Shown: in pieces, positions 26,039 to 38,495 of the stretch
Layout of the letters: each line of letters starts with the position of its first letter
Position numbering within the stretch: the first letter of the stretch is position 1
Source of the DNA: Eledone cirrhosa
Lineage: Eukaryota
Direction of reading: 5' to 3'
DNA length: 64,000 bases
NCBI GenBank assembly: GCA_964016885.1
Contig: OZ024747.1
Coordinates: 87,730,001 to 87,794,000, forward strand
Translations under genes and position numbers: made by a program
Notes under the pieces: model-generated
Told to the model about the DNA's origin: nothing
Seen by the model: only the letters and a program-made list of their open reading frames with translations
Databases searched by the model: none

Positions 26039-26937
26039 CAGAATGAAACCAAGGTTGTTAATCCAAATTCATCTTTAATCACAACAATTGTTTCTATACA
26101 GATAAAGGTTGTACCAATACATATAAACAATGAATTCAACAGTTATAATTAATACTTTACATGACATTCAAACTCAATCTGCATTTCATCAGGAGTAAGG
26201 GAAAATATTTGCCTTTACCAACACATGTAGGCTGCAACATGCAGAAAATGAATTTGTTGTCCCACCTTCCTATAATTCAGTGTGAGTAGTATAATTTAAC
26301 AATTTTAACCCTTTACCATTTATATTACTCTATATATATGATTGTATTTTCGTGGTAAAATGTATCTCACATATCGAATCTATAAAATTTTGATATTATT
26401 TATTTTGAGAACAATGCCTGAATATCAATATGAGTGGCCAGCTACAGCCGGTTTGAACAGAAAGAGGTGAGAGAATTCTGGTCAGATTCAACTGGTTTAA
26501 ATGCTAAAGGGTTAAGCTGTACTTTTAAAAAAATTTTAATATTACACTTCTGAATACTATTGATTTTTGATAAGCTGCAATTTCTCTATATATATATATA
26601 ACATAATTCTATTGCTATTCTTCCCAATTACTAATGCTTATGCTAAAAGACTTACATGCCTATGTACATTGTTGGCTTAAAATTCTTTATTCACTCTATT
26701 CACCATTTATAGGCTTGCTTATGCTTTATACTGTTGAGTATTGGTTGTCTATATTCTTGTTGATCTTTTCCATCACTCCTGATGACATGCAGATTAAGTC
26801 TGAATGTCATGTAAAGTATTAATTATAACTGTTGAATTCATTATTTATATGTATTCGCACAACCCTTATCTGTATAGAAACAATTGTTGAAATTAAAGTT
26901 GAATTTGGATTAACAACCTTGGTTTCATTCTGTATTA
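26034..26937. mobile_element. Penelope-like remnant with ~175-bp inverted pseudo-LTR arms (26034-26208 and 26763-26937) carrying a degenerate hammerhead
   Basis: Arms are diverged reverse complements; CTGATGA (26779), stem ATGCAGAT/ATCTGTAT, GAAA (26877), palindromic ACAATTGT. Confidence 0.65.
26305..26515. mobile_element. piggyBac-type MITE family A
   Basis: TTAA CCCTTTACCATTTA ... TAAATGCTAAAGGG TTAA; further copies at 41188 and 59240. Confidence 0.85.
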
Positions 26938-28934
26938 AATATTTATGCGCTGTGACTTTCACCTTCTTCAACTGCAAGTATCTTAACCCTTTCGATTACA
27001 AAGGTGTAAGAGGTATGCCTGTATGTATGTATATGAGTGAAAGAGAGACAGATAGCAAGAGGAGAGAATGAGAGAGATATATGATGATAAGTGGTGAAAA
27101 GAAAGAAAGAAATATTAAGCTAACAACTCTAAGTTCCTGGTGAATAAATTTCTAATTCAAAGTTAGCCAGGAAAGGATAAATGATTTTTATTTTTTCCTG
27201 TTTATTTCCCCATCATTTAAAGATTTATTAAGTTTTAACAACATCCTTCTCATTAACTCTGGCATACTAATAATTTCTTTCAGAGAACTTTTCCTCCTTA
27301 GTTTTAAAAATCAGAGTTCAAAATCATTAATCACTGAATTCAAATCAATTTTGAGTTTTTAAACTAAGGCACCTGAAGTAAATTAAGCAGAGACCCTGTA
27401 GCATAGAGAGGTTGGAATCTATATTATAATAAAGTGGTTGTGTTGGTGACATGACAAAAAGTGTGCCCATTCCACACTGTAAAGTGGTCGTGTCAGTGTC
27501 ACGACAAAAGCACCCAATTCTGAATGTTCTAGGAATTCTTAAATTTGTATTAATTGTCCCAACGTTAATTATTGTAAATGTATTATACATCCCCCACCCA
27601 CATGCGTATATATTATGCAGTTTCAATTTTAGATTGAACTCAGTATTAATTATGTGGATTTAACAGATCTTATGAGTCATTCTCCACATATAACTTTTTT
27701 ACTATCCATTAAACTACAACACCTGGAATGGGGCTGAAAAATTATAGATACAGCAGCTTGTACTTAATTAGACACTTATGTTTACTTAAGAGTAATATTT
27801 CTCATGTTCTGTCCCTCACTGATACCACAAGATCAACCTGCAAGCAAATGACTTCCTGAAATCTGAGCAGCTATTTTTAATATTTTAACCCATTTGATAC
27901 CAACCTGCTCATTTTAAAGTGTTCCTATACAAATTAAAACCTTCCATCATAATTTTATGTAAGAATCTTTTGTTAAGTAAGGATCCAAATATCAGATTAA
28001 TAATGAAAAAATTAAGCTGTGTTACGAAATGCCTTAAAATTCTTTTCAAAATATACTGAAATATGAGCTATGTATTTTGTTAGAAATATGCTAACAAAAC
28101 TGTTAATAAATTTTATTCATTTGTATCATCCAATATTGTTTTACATTTAAAATAGATTTCTTAGAGAGCTAATGATTAACTACTTCATCAATATTATTAA
28201 TATAATTGTGCATCAGTTTTTCTTTAAGCAACACATTACTAATTGATACCAGCATATTTTATTCTTCAACTAAAATTATCCAAGCATCATTCATTCATAT
28301 TTTATCATGCTAATCTATCAGTATGTAGTCTATTTGTTTGGCCTGTTCCTGATTACTGTGTTAACAGCATGATTTCACCTTTTTAAGAAGCCTTCAGAAA
28401 CTCAAGATATATCTACCCTGCCCAGACACAGCTCAGAACTGTAGCTGACATGACTGCAAATATACTACTACATCCATTCTTATTTTTTTAGTTATTCTAT
28501 CCCTCTGGCTGCGTCGGATTTACAAATACCTTAGCTCACAGACTGAGCTGATTATTTAAATGCTTTATTAATAGAGTCCAAGCTAGCTTCTACTATTATT
28601 GTTATTATCTTCTGTCTTTTTTGAAAAATTATGACACCTATAACTGTATACAGTAAATAGTAGTGTTGATAACTATATATCTGTCACCAAGCTATCTGAA
28701 AACAATATCTCCAATTATTCACCAAATATTTAGCTCACTTCTCTCTTTGTTCCAATGCAGGCATATATATTTTCCAATTTTAAAGTCTTAAAGTTGCCAT
28801 GGTAGATTCCCAATAGCAAAATGAATAAAATATCAATCACTCTCTTGATTAAATGTCATATATATATACATAAGAGCTGCTACTTCTCTGAATTGAGAGA
28901 TCACAGCTTTGATATTATGTTCATGTGGTTAAGA

Positions 28935-29167
28935 ATCGTTGAGAGAATCGCTGGACAGATTTTACAGGAAAAACCAACTGCCAGGAGATCCAGGGGTAGA
29001 CCCCCAAGCTAGATAGTTAGATAACATCCATGAGCTTGGCTGGTCTGGCTTGGGGATCCAGCCAGATCAGCTGGAGATGGTTACTTCTGACAGGACCTGC
29101 TGGAAGGAGTATTTGAGGACCCTGCTCCCACAACCCTCTCAGGAATAAGTGGATCAAGAAGAAAAGA

Positions 29168-29170
<3 letters not shown>
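28935..29170 (+). mobile_element. 3' end of an RTE LINE related to 1852-2640; relatives ~48270-48370 (+) and ~54635-54815 (-)
   Basis: KPTARRSRGRP; CTGCTCCCACAACCCTC..GGAATAAGTGG then a GAA tail. Confidence 0.7.
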
Positions 29171-29252
<82 letters not shown>

Positions 29253-29259
29253 CATATAT

Positions 29260-29645
29260 GGAGGCACATGGCTTAGTGGTTAGAGCATTGGCCTTGCATT
29301 CAAAAGGTTGTGAGCTCAATTCTCAGACCGGGTGATGTGTTGTTTCCTTGAGCAAGACACTTTATTTCACATTGCTCCAGTTTACTCAGCTGTAGAAATG
29401 AGATGATAGGGACTGGGGTCCCTATCATTCCACTGCAAAGTGGTCATGGAGGTGCTACGGCAAAAAAGCACCCAGCACTCACTGTAAAGTGGATGTGTAG
29501 GCGCCACGGAAAAAAAGCACCCAGCACTCACTGTAAATGAGGTGGTATTAGGAAGGGCATCCAGCTGTAGAAATCAAGCCAGAATCAGTTCCCGTCCCAC
29601 CCTTGCAAGCAGGGAAAAAGCGGACGTAAAATGAAATGATGATGA
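29260..29645 (+). mobile_element. tRNA-derived SINE family B with an RTE-derived 3' tail
   Basis: A box TGGCTTAGTGG, B-box-like GAGCTCAATTC, CORE-like CCTTGAGCAAGACACTT, tail AGGAAGGGCATCCAGCTGTAGAAA shared with the RTE 3' UTR. Confidence 0.85.
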
Positions 29646-30509
29646 TATATATATATCTTCTTTTCTTCTTGATTGTAATACATTAATAAATTGTGTTTTG
29701 ATGCATCACTGATTCTTCATTTTCTATAATATTATACTCTGCTCTGAAGGAGCATAGAGTGCTCAACCGGCATACCACCTATGGACGCATCTAAGCTACC
29801 TTACAACAAATATATATATATATATATATATGGTGGGGGCTGATAATGTTAGAACTCAATATGTCCTAGGAAAGATGGTTTCAGATTAGGCAGTGTGACC
29901 AGTAGTGTTTGTGGCAAGTGATCATCGTTTAAGGTCCCTGTTAGGAAACCCATTTGTACCGATAGAAACTGTATAGTCTGTAAGATGAGCCCACAGATAA
30001 ACTGTAAAACTCAAAATGTAGTCTATAGGATAAGATGTACAGAAGGACGATGCAGAAACAAGACAATGACATACATAAGAGAGACAACCCATAGTATAGG
30101 AGAGAGACACCCAGTCCACACTGCAATGTGATTAGCATTAGGAAGGGCATCCAACCATTGAAACCAACCCAAAATAGAAATCTCCTGACCTGACTTGTTT
30201 CATAACATGATGATCCATCCAACCCATGCAAGCATGGAAAATGAATGTTAAACGATGATGATAATATATATATATTTAGACAGAGAGAGAGAGAGAAAGG
30301 GAGATAGATAAATGCATGTATGTGTATTATATATACATATATATATACAGAGGTTATATTTAATTTGTTGGGATACGACAAGCTTAAAAATATTTCTATA
30401 ACCGATATAAAGCACTCAACAAATTATTGACTATCCAGGAAGCTCCAACCGTTAAGGTGGTCTTTTTTCAGGGTATGTCAATATTTATTTATAAAACTAA
30501 TCTGTATTG

Positions 30510-30575
30510 TATTTTATCTGATGAAAGCGCACCATAATTTGCCTTGGTGGCCCTTGAAATATGTATAATAAAATA
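30510..30575 (+). ncRNA. Type I hammerhead ribozyme candidate; predicted cleavage after 30567
   Basis: TATTTTAT CTGATGA AAG..CACCA-loop-TGGTG..CTT GAAA TATGT ATA ATAAAATA; 8-bp stem I. Confidence 0.65.
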
Positions 30576-30615
30576 AATATGGTTTTATAAATATAGTTTC
30601 CATTTGTTAATATAT

Positions 30616-30670
<55 letters not shown>

Positions 30671-31499
30671 AATTATATCAGTCTTGGACTAGATTTCTGT
30701 GATAAACATAAAAGAATGAGAATGTTAGGGTTCAAAACAAGGACTGTAACTGCGAATTCATGGCTCTGCAGCCTCATTTTCATTAAGAAAAACGTAACAC
30801 AAAATATCTTCATACGAGTTAGTCAGAGGGTTTGGGCATGAAGTATTGTCAAAATTCCATGGGTTGGGCCAGATTTGGAGGATACAAGAAACAGGTACTA
30901 CATGCCTTAGTAGACTAAGCAATAGATAAAATGCTCATACACACAAGAATTTCCTGAAGATAACAACTGCCACCCCACAACATGGGAGTGGCGAGAACAC
31001 CTTTATATCTGTTTACATACAAACATATACATATATATGTGTACACATATATGTAAGTATGTATATACTTACATATGTACAACATCCAACAATTGAAGCA
31101 GCATTTAAACATACTTTATATTTGAAAACCTGACAGAATTACAGAATACACACACACACACACACACACAATGTAATTTAAGAACGGATGCTTCCCACCA
31201 ACTTCTAACAACTGTAAAAAAAAAAACAAAAGAGAGAAATGTTATCTTTTGTTCTTAGTGTCTAGGAGGGTTGTGCTGTTTTATTTCATTTTTTTTTTGT
31301 TGATTTCCCCTTCCCTTAACTCAATGTAAACCCCATTTTGTGTTATTTTTATTCATTGTATTGTGCCCCAATGACTTTCACCCTTGTGGCTGATAAAAAA
31401 AATGGTTTCCATTATTATTACTGGGTAATTGCTGGCCTTGTGCCAAAAAGTAGAAACAATTATTATTATTATTATTATGAATTTGATATCTTAGTCATT

Positions 31500-31875
31500 G
31501 ACCAGAAACATTGCCCGACTGAACATCAAGTTCCTGCCTGCAGCCTCAGATATTCAGGATAAATCAGAGGGTCCTTGCTGTTCCCTAGTGCTCCTATGAC
31601 GATGGGGACAACCTTCATCTCATGACAGTCCCAAATCCTTTTCAGTTCCCACTTTAGATATTGATACTGGTTAATTTTCTCCTCAATTTCTTGCACTCTT
31701 GTCTCAAATGTCCAAGCTACATCTATAATCAAGCTAGATCTTTTTTCCTTGTCAAAAACTACCAGATCAGGCCTATTGTGTTTCAATTTTTGTCTGTTTG
31801 TATCCTGAAATCCCACAACACTTTTACCCGATTGTTTTCTATCATTGACTCTGGCTTATGTTCATACCACTTCTC
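31500..31875 (-). mobile_element. Restriction-like endonuclease fragment of an R4/NeSL-type LINE
   Basis: HNRPDLVVFDKEKRSSLIIDVA...KINQYQYLKWELKRIW...VVPIVIGALG. Confidence 0.85.
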
Positions 31876-32089
31876 ATTGTTGTTGTTATTGTTATATCAG
31901 TAGGAAAGGTCAGATGTAGTAGTTGGTGTTTTATTTTAATTTACTTTTGTTGGTGTCTTTTTTATCCATTGTTTAATTTGTTGGTTAGTTTTATTTATTT
32001 TTCAAATTTTTTTTATAAGTGTCATTACTATTTTTTTTAATCTAGTATCATTACTATTATCACTTTGTTTAAACCTTGATGGCTCTTCT

Positions 32090-32310
32090 AGCACATCTCT
32101 ATCACCATCCTCCATGGAAACGCCTTCTCTATTCTGTCTACCAGGGCCGAGGGGCTACCAGCACATGGGCCCACATTTGCTCATAATAGTGAGAGATGGG
32201 GAGAGTAGGAGAGACGGTGGCAGTGACAGTGGAAGTTTGTTTTGTGTTTGGACCTGGTGTATATGTTTCACCAACATACACTCACGCATCTACTCTTACA
32301 ACTTATGACT
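32090..32310 (+). repeat. Unclassified dispersed repeat; inverted relative at ~44200-44445
   Basis: TGTGTTTGGACCTGGTGTATAT and flanks match the reverse complement of ~44270-44440. Confidence 0.65.
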
Positions 32311-33178
32311 GTAAAACTGAACAGTATGTAGTTGTACAGATAAGATGTATTTCTCTGTTTCTTCTTTTTTTTTTTGTTTTTAGGATTTTGTATAAATTAA
32401 TTCCCCCACCTTCCCTGCACTGCAGATAATCATTATTTTTAAAATTCAATTTTATATCATCCGATTTGATTTATTGGCTTAATTTCTATTTTATTCTATA
32501 TCGCAAAACATTTTTTTTTAGTTTAAAAACAAAAACAGCACAACAACATTTTTTTCTGTTCCCTTACACATTCACATGTATGAAACATTATAATCTTAGA
32601 TCAGAAAGCAAAAAAAAACTATAAAAATACTGAAAAATATACAAAATATTACAAAAACAAGATAAATTTAGGAGCATAAAGCACCCCTAAGAAATCAGTT
32701 TCTTTTTTACTGTCTTCTTTTTATGAGCTATCTTGAAAACCATTCTAAGAGGATAAAAGGATTGTAATCAAGATGGAATTAGGACTTGCCTGTAGATCTT
32801 CCACAAGATAACTAAAAGATTCTCTCCCATTTACTATATGTGTGGATGAGAAAGTGTGTATGTGGGAATGTGTGTGTCAGTGTATGTGTTAAGATGAGTA
32901 AAGGAGGAAAAAAGTACTCCATTCATCATACAGTAGAGTTTATTCAAGGTTGTCGTGAAGAATGGACTGGGTAACAAGAAACGAGCAATGGGAGTGAAAC
33001 TTCAGCTGAATGAAATATATATATATATATATACATATATTATATATATATATATATTAATATATATTTGTAGTAAGGTTGCTTGGATGCGTCCATAGGT
33101 GGTATGCCAGTTGAGCACTCTATGCTCTTTCGGAGCAGAGTATAATAATGTGGAAAATGAAGAATCGTTTTCCATATA

Positions 33179-33217
<39 letters not shown>

Positions 33218-34344
33218 CTGTTGAAATATATATGATGTACAAATAAAACCATCTCTCTTATTCATTATATATGTATGCATACATATATTATCATCATCAT
33301 CATCATCATTTGGCATCCATTTTCCATACCTTGCTCTGATGGGACTGTAAATTTGGCCAGGGATTTTACAGCTGGATGCCCTTTTAACACCAACCACATT
33401 TACAGTGTGGGACTTGATAGCACTGTTATGAAGAGAGACAAGCCAGTCGGTTGCATCAGACTCACAGTAGAACCAATAGTTTTGGAGCCAAGAACTGGAT
33501 GGCACTGCTATAAGGAGGGACAGGCCAGTAAGAAATTTTCTAGACAAATCTATCCACATTATGGATAAATGGAGCAATGACATAAGAAGATCTGAGAGTA
33601 AAGTTGTTATAAGATCGATTCTTACCATCTATATACATATATCTATACATAGATGCATTGCCACAGAAAAGTTGGATAGCAAGTAAAAAACTTATTTAAA
33701 TATGGTAAAATTCTGAGATTTCAATATTCTAAACAGCTGTTTCATGAGTGAAAGAGAAATGGTAAATAGAAGGAACCAGAAATGAAACACTCATTCATCA
33801 GTAGAATTTTCATCTTACGAAATGCATTAGACAACCGGTCACCATAGATTAAAAAAAGGACCTGAAAGCACATGGTAAGGAGCGTAATAATATGAGGATA
33901 CAGGCAGGCTAACGGGAATGCAAGAAATAGTAGTGCGTTTGGTCTGAAAAGAAGCAGCTCTACTAAAATTTAATGTTAGGAGCAGAAGTACATATATTAA
34001 AATATTGATTAATATGTAAAATTACTAATCATATTGTCTGACAAAAGTAAAGGTTACCAAAATGTTACAGATAGTCACTATTAGAACCTAAAGACAGCTC
34101 TACTAATATAAAATTTAAAAAATTTCATTAGGAGCAGTAACAATATGATAAGTAATTTTACGTGTTGGTTTTGTTTATATATATATGGACATTAAACGAT
34201 GATGATGAGAGACACACCTCAACCAGAGTCACTACCAGAATGTAAGGAGACAACAACACTGGTGCATGTGGGCAAACCCTGCCATACCACACCCACCTCA
34301 CACTTTATATATATATATGTGTGTGTGTATATCAACATCAGCGT

Positions 34345-34695
34345 TTAACATCCATAAAAGAGTTGTTTTGGTATTCTAGAATCCTTCATCCTGGCAAGGT
34401 GACCACTCCAACGGAGACGTTGCTTAAGCACAAGAGCTTCTATACTGTCACACATAGAGCTTTCCAAAATCTCGACATCACTGATGTGGTCCCTCCAGTG
34501 AACGCCATGGATCCGTCTGAGACACATCTGATGGAAACGCTCCAATTGCTTAAGGTGGTGTCGATATGTGACCCAGGTCTCGCAGGCATAAAGAAGAGAA
34601 GAGAGCACACATGCCTTGTACACCTTTACCTTTGTCTTCTTGCATATATCTCGCCGACCTCAGAGTTGGATGTAAACACCATATGATGTAAACAC
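34345..34695 (-). mobile_element. RTE (BovB-like) LINE fragment
   Basis: YKACVLSSLLYACETW...LERFHQMCLRRI...RLRWSGHLARMKDSRIPKQLFYG. Confidence 0.85.
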
Positions 34696-34713
34696 CATGC
34701 TCGCAATTCCTGA

Positions 34714-34735
34714 ATGCAATATATATATATTATAC

Positions 34736-34793
<58 letters not shown>

Positions 34794-34837
34794 ACACACA
34801 CATACATATACATATATATATATATATACACATATAC

Positions 34838-34888
<51 letters not shown>

Positions 34889-34912
34889 CATATATACATA
34901 TATATATATATA
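34714..34912. repeat. (TA)n/(TACA)n compound microsatellite
   Basis: Direct inspection; one of many (others at 13068, 20728, 25998, 29170, 56963). Confidence 0.9.
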
Positions 34913-34913
34913 G

Positions 34914-36637
34914 AGAGAGAGAGCGAATTGATCTAGATGAAATGCAGTTCGGGTTTGTGTCAGGAAAAAGTACCACAGACGCTCTTTTCATTGTACGACA
35001 ACTACAGGAGAAGTACCTAGCTAAAAGTAAACCCCTATACTTAGCTTTCGACAGAGTCCCCCGTTCCATTATCTGGTGGGCTCTTAGAAAACTAGGTGTT
35101 GATGAATGGCTTGTGAGAGCTATACAAGCCATGTACAAAGAAACAGTCAGCAAGGTTAGAATTAACAACGAATATAGTGAAGAGTTTAGTGTAAAAGTTG
35201 GTGTTCATCAGGGCTCTTTTCTTAGCCCCCTACTATTTATTATTGCCCTCCAGGCTATAACAGTGGAGTTCAAGACCGGCTGCCCATGGGAACTCCTATA
35301 CGCAGATGATCTAACGCTCATAGCTGAATCAATGGCCGAGCTAGAGAAGAAATTCCAAACATGGAAGCACGGCCTAGAATCAAAAGGCCTTAAAATTAAC
35401 CTGGCTAAAACTAAAGTTCTAGTTTGTAAGAAAGAAAATAAGGCGCCGGTCTCCTCCGGGAAGTGGCCATGCGCAGAGTGTAGGAAAGGCGTAGGTAGAA
35501 ACTCCATTTTGTGTCCCAAATGCAAAGTTTGGGTGCATAAAAGATGTAGTGGGATCACAGGTAAGCTAACTAAGAACATAGATTTTACATGTGGCCGGTG
35601 TTCTGGGGTGATAAGTAGCAGCAAGTGCCCACAAAATACTAGCTCTTTTAACTGCGCAGAGGGTTCTATAGAAATAGTGGACAGCTTCCGTTACCTGGGT
35701 GACAAAATCAGCAGTGGGGGAGGGTGCTCTGAAAGTACAGTAGCTAGAGTCAGAACTGGGTGGAAAAAGTTCAGAGAGCTTATACCACTATTAGCCGCTA
35801 AAGGGTTCTCCCTAAAAATGAAAGGCAGGTTGTACGATGCCTGCATACGAACAGCAATGTTGCATGGCAGTGAGACCTGGGCATTGTGTGCAGAGGATAT
35901 ACGCAGACTAGAGAGAAACGAAGCTTGCATGCTCCGCTGGATGTGTAATAGTAATATACGTGAACGACAAAGCATAAACGAACTAAGGAAAAAATTAGAA
36001 ATAAGAGGCATCAGATGTTGTTTACTCGAGAGAAAGCTACGTTGGTATGGTCACGTGATACGCATGAAGGACGATAGCTGTATAACAAAGTGCAGGGCAA
36101 TAAAGATAGACGGTAGCCACGGAATAGGCAGACCCAGAAAAACCTGGGACGAGCTGATAAACTCCGACCTCACACACTTACACCTCACCAAGACAATGTC
36201 ACTGGACTGAGACCTTTGGCGGTACTCAGTAATAGAGAAGACCCGCCTTACCTAAATACAAAGTAAAACCTACTAGTCAGTAGGCATCTCTAACAAAATA
36301 CACCCCCGTCCCACCACCCCCACCCCATCCACACCGCCCCCTTCTATGTAAAGTTATGTTGGTGCCACACCATCCAGGCCGAAACAAATGAGGTCGTGTA
36401 GGTGTCACGACAAAAAACACACAGTCCACGCTGTAATGTGGCCGTGTAGGCAACATGGTAAAAACCTCCCAGATCCACACTGTAAATGTGGTTGGTGTTA
36501 GGAAGGGCATCCAACTGTAGAAAACCTGCCAGACAGTCCTATGCGAGCAAGACAATCACTCCTGCCTCAAGTGGGAAAACCCCCGTCCAAACCCATGCAA
36601 GCGTGGAACACGGACGTTAAACGTTGATGATGATGAT
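34914..36637 (+). mobile_element. 5'-truncated young RTE LINE, copy 2; RT inactivated
   Basis: Protein nearly identical to copy 1; 21-nt deletion removes VDLEKAF; CGA>TGA stop at 36208-36210; same 3' UTR and (TGA)n tail. Confidence 0.95.
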
Positions 36638-36741
36638 ACACACATACATATACATATATACACACACATACATATATATATATCTATATATATACACACA
36701 CATACATATATATATATATATATGTATGTATGTGTGTATAT

Positions 36742-37045
36742 GGAGGCACATGGCTTAGTGGTTAGAGCATTGGGCTTGCAATCGAAAGGTTGTGAGTTCA
36801 ATTCTCAGACCGGGTGATGTGTTGTTTCCTTGAGCAAGACACTTTATTTCACATTGCTCCAGTTTACTCAGCTGTAGAAATGAGATGATAGGGACTGGGG
36901 TCCCTATCATTCCACTGCAAAGTGGTCGTGGAGGTGCCACGGCAAAAAAGCACCCAGCACTCACTGTAAATGAGGTTGGTGTTAGGAAGGGCATCCAGCT
37001 GTAGAAATCAAGCCAGAAGCAGTTCCCATCCCACCCTTGTAAGCA
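36742..37045 (+). mobile_element. SINE family B, copy 2, with its 3' end joined to RTE copy 3
   Basis: Near-identical to 29260-29610 apart from an internal tandem duplication present only in copy 1. Confidence 0.85.
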
Positions 37046-37800
37046 TTGGGCATTGTGTGCAGAGGATATACGCAGACTGGAGAGGAATGAAGCTTATATG
37101 CTCCGTTGGATGTGTAATAGTAATATACGTGAACGGCAAAGCATAAATGAACTAAGGGAGAAATTAGGAATAGTGGACACCTTCCGTTACCTGGGTGACA
37201 AAATCAGCAGTGGGGGAGGGTGCTCTGAAAGTACAGTAGCTAGAGTCAGAACGGGATGGAAAAAGTTCAGAGAGCTTATACCACTATTGGCCGCTAAAGG
37301 GTTCTCTCTAAAAATGAAAGGCAGGCTGTATGATGCCTGCATATGAACAGCAATGTTACATGGCAGTTAGACTTGGGTATTGTGTGCAGAGGATATACGC
37401 AGACTGGAGAGGAACGAAGCTTGTATGCTCCGTTGGATGTGTAATAGTAATATACGTGAACGGCAAAGCATAAACGAACTAAGGGAAAAATTAAAAATAA
37501 GAGGGATCAGATGTTGTTTACTCGAGAGAAGACTACGTTAGTATGGTCACGTGATGCGCATGAAAGACGACAGCTGTATAAAAAAGTGCAGGGCGATAAA
37601 AATAGACGGTAGCCACGGAGTAGGCAGACCCAAAAAAACCTGGGACGACTTGATAAATTCCGACCTCACACACTTACACCTCTCCACGACAATGTCACTG
37701 GACCAAGATCTTTGGCGCTACACAGTAATACAGAAGACCCGCCTTGCCTAAGTACAAAGTGAAACCTACAGTCAGTAGGCATCTCTAACAAAAATACACT
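37046..37800 (+). mobile_element. Rearranged RTE copy 3 with internal duplication and stops
   Basis: [18 protein letters not shown] occurs twice (~37053 and ~37380); in-frame stops. Confidence 0.9.
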
Positions 37801-37814
37801 AATATATATATTAG

Positions 37815-38170
37815 TTTTGCATGAAATCGTGTGTCGAAACAAATATTGTTATACTTGGGGAGGGTCATATTTGTGTAATAATATATTGCAGAAACATGAC
37901 AACAACATACATAGGCGAGACAGCTCGTAGCATAGGTGAAAGGATAGACCAACACTGGGGGGAACTAAAAGGACGAAAAAACGGTTCAGTACTATACGAA
38001 CATGCCAGACAACACGATGGTAACATAGACAATATAGAAATTAGAATAATATCTAAACATAGAAATGACCTAGCAGATAGGCAAATCAGAGAGGCCAGTG
38101 AAATAGAACTTAGAAGGCCAGTGAAATAGAACTTAGAAGGCCAAGGCTAAACAGAAAAAATGAATGGAAT
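37815..38170 (+). pseudogene. GIY-YIG endonuclease fragment of a Penelope-like element
   Basis: YIGETARSIGERIDQH...SVLYEH...RQIREASEI; a 23-bp tandem duplication (38092-38137) frameshifts the terminal PRLNRKNEW. Confidence 0.85.
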
Positions 38171-38459
38171 AACAACAATACCCAAACAAACAACACTGAC
38201 CTAAGAGAAGTATAAATAAATAAATAAATACATACACAAGCCCAATAACAACAAACACATATAAACACACATTAGTAAACTAAGATAGAATACAATAACC
38301 AATACACAGTCACCCAAACACGAACACACATCAAACAAAACACTATACACACATGCAAACGCATGTGCAGAGAAGACAAAAAAAATAAACAAATAAATAA
38401 ATAAACAGACTACATAAAGATGGTATAGGCATACAATGCAACAGGAGGAAACATAATAG

Positions 38460-38495
38460 CACCACTGATGATGTTACAGATGTGCAACGAAAGAA
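38460..38495 (+). ncRNA. Partial hammerhead core downstream of the GIY-YIG fragment
   Basis: CTGATGA (38465) t GTT-ACA ga TGT-gc-AAC GAAA (38489); stems I and III not closed. Confidence 0.45.

Noticed and set aside
29260-29335. tRNA gene (also the heads of SINE family A)
   Set aside because: A and B boxes run straight into SINE bodies; no complete cloverleaf or Pol III terminator
34714-34913. N-terminus of the 498-aa ORF and other YIYI/CVCV/HTHT ORFs
   Set aside because: Translations of (TA)n and (CA)n microsatellites that happen to lack stop codons
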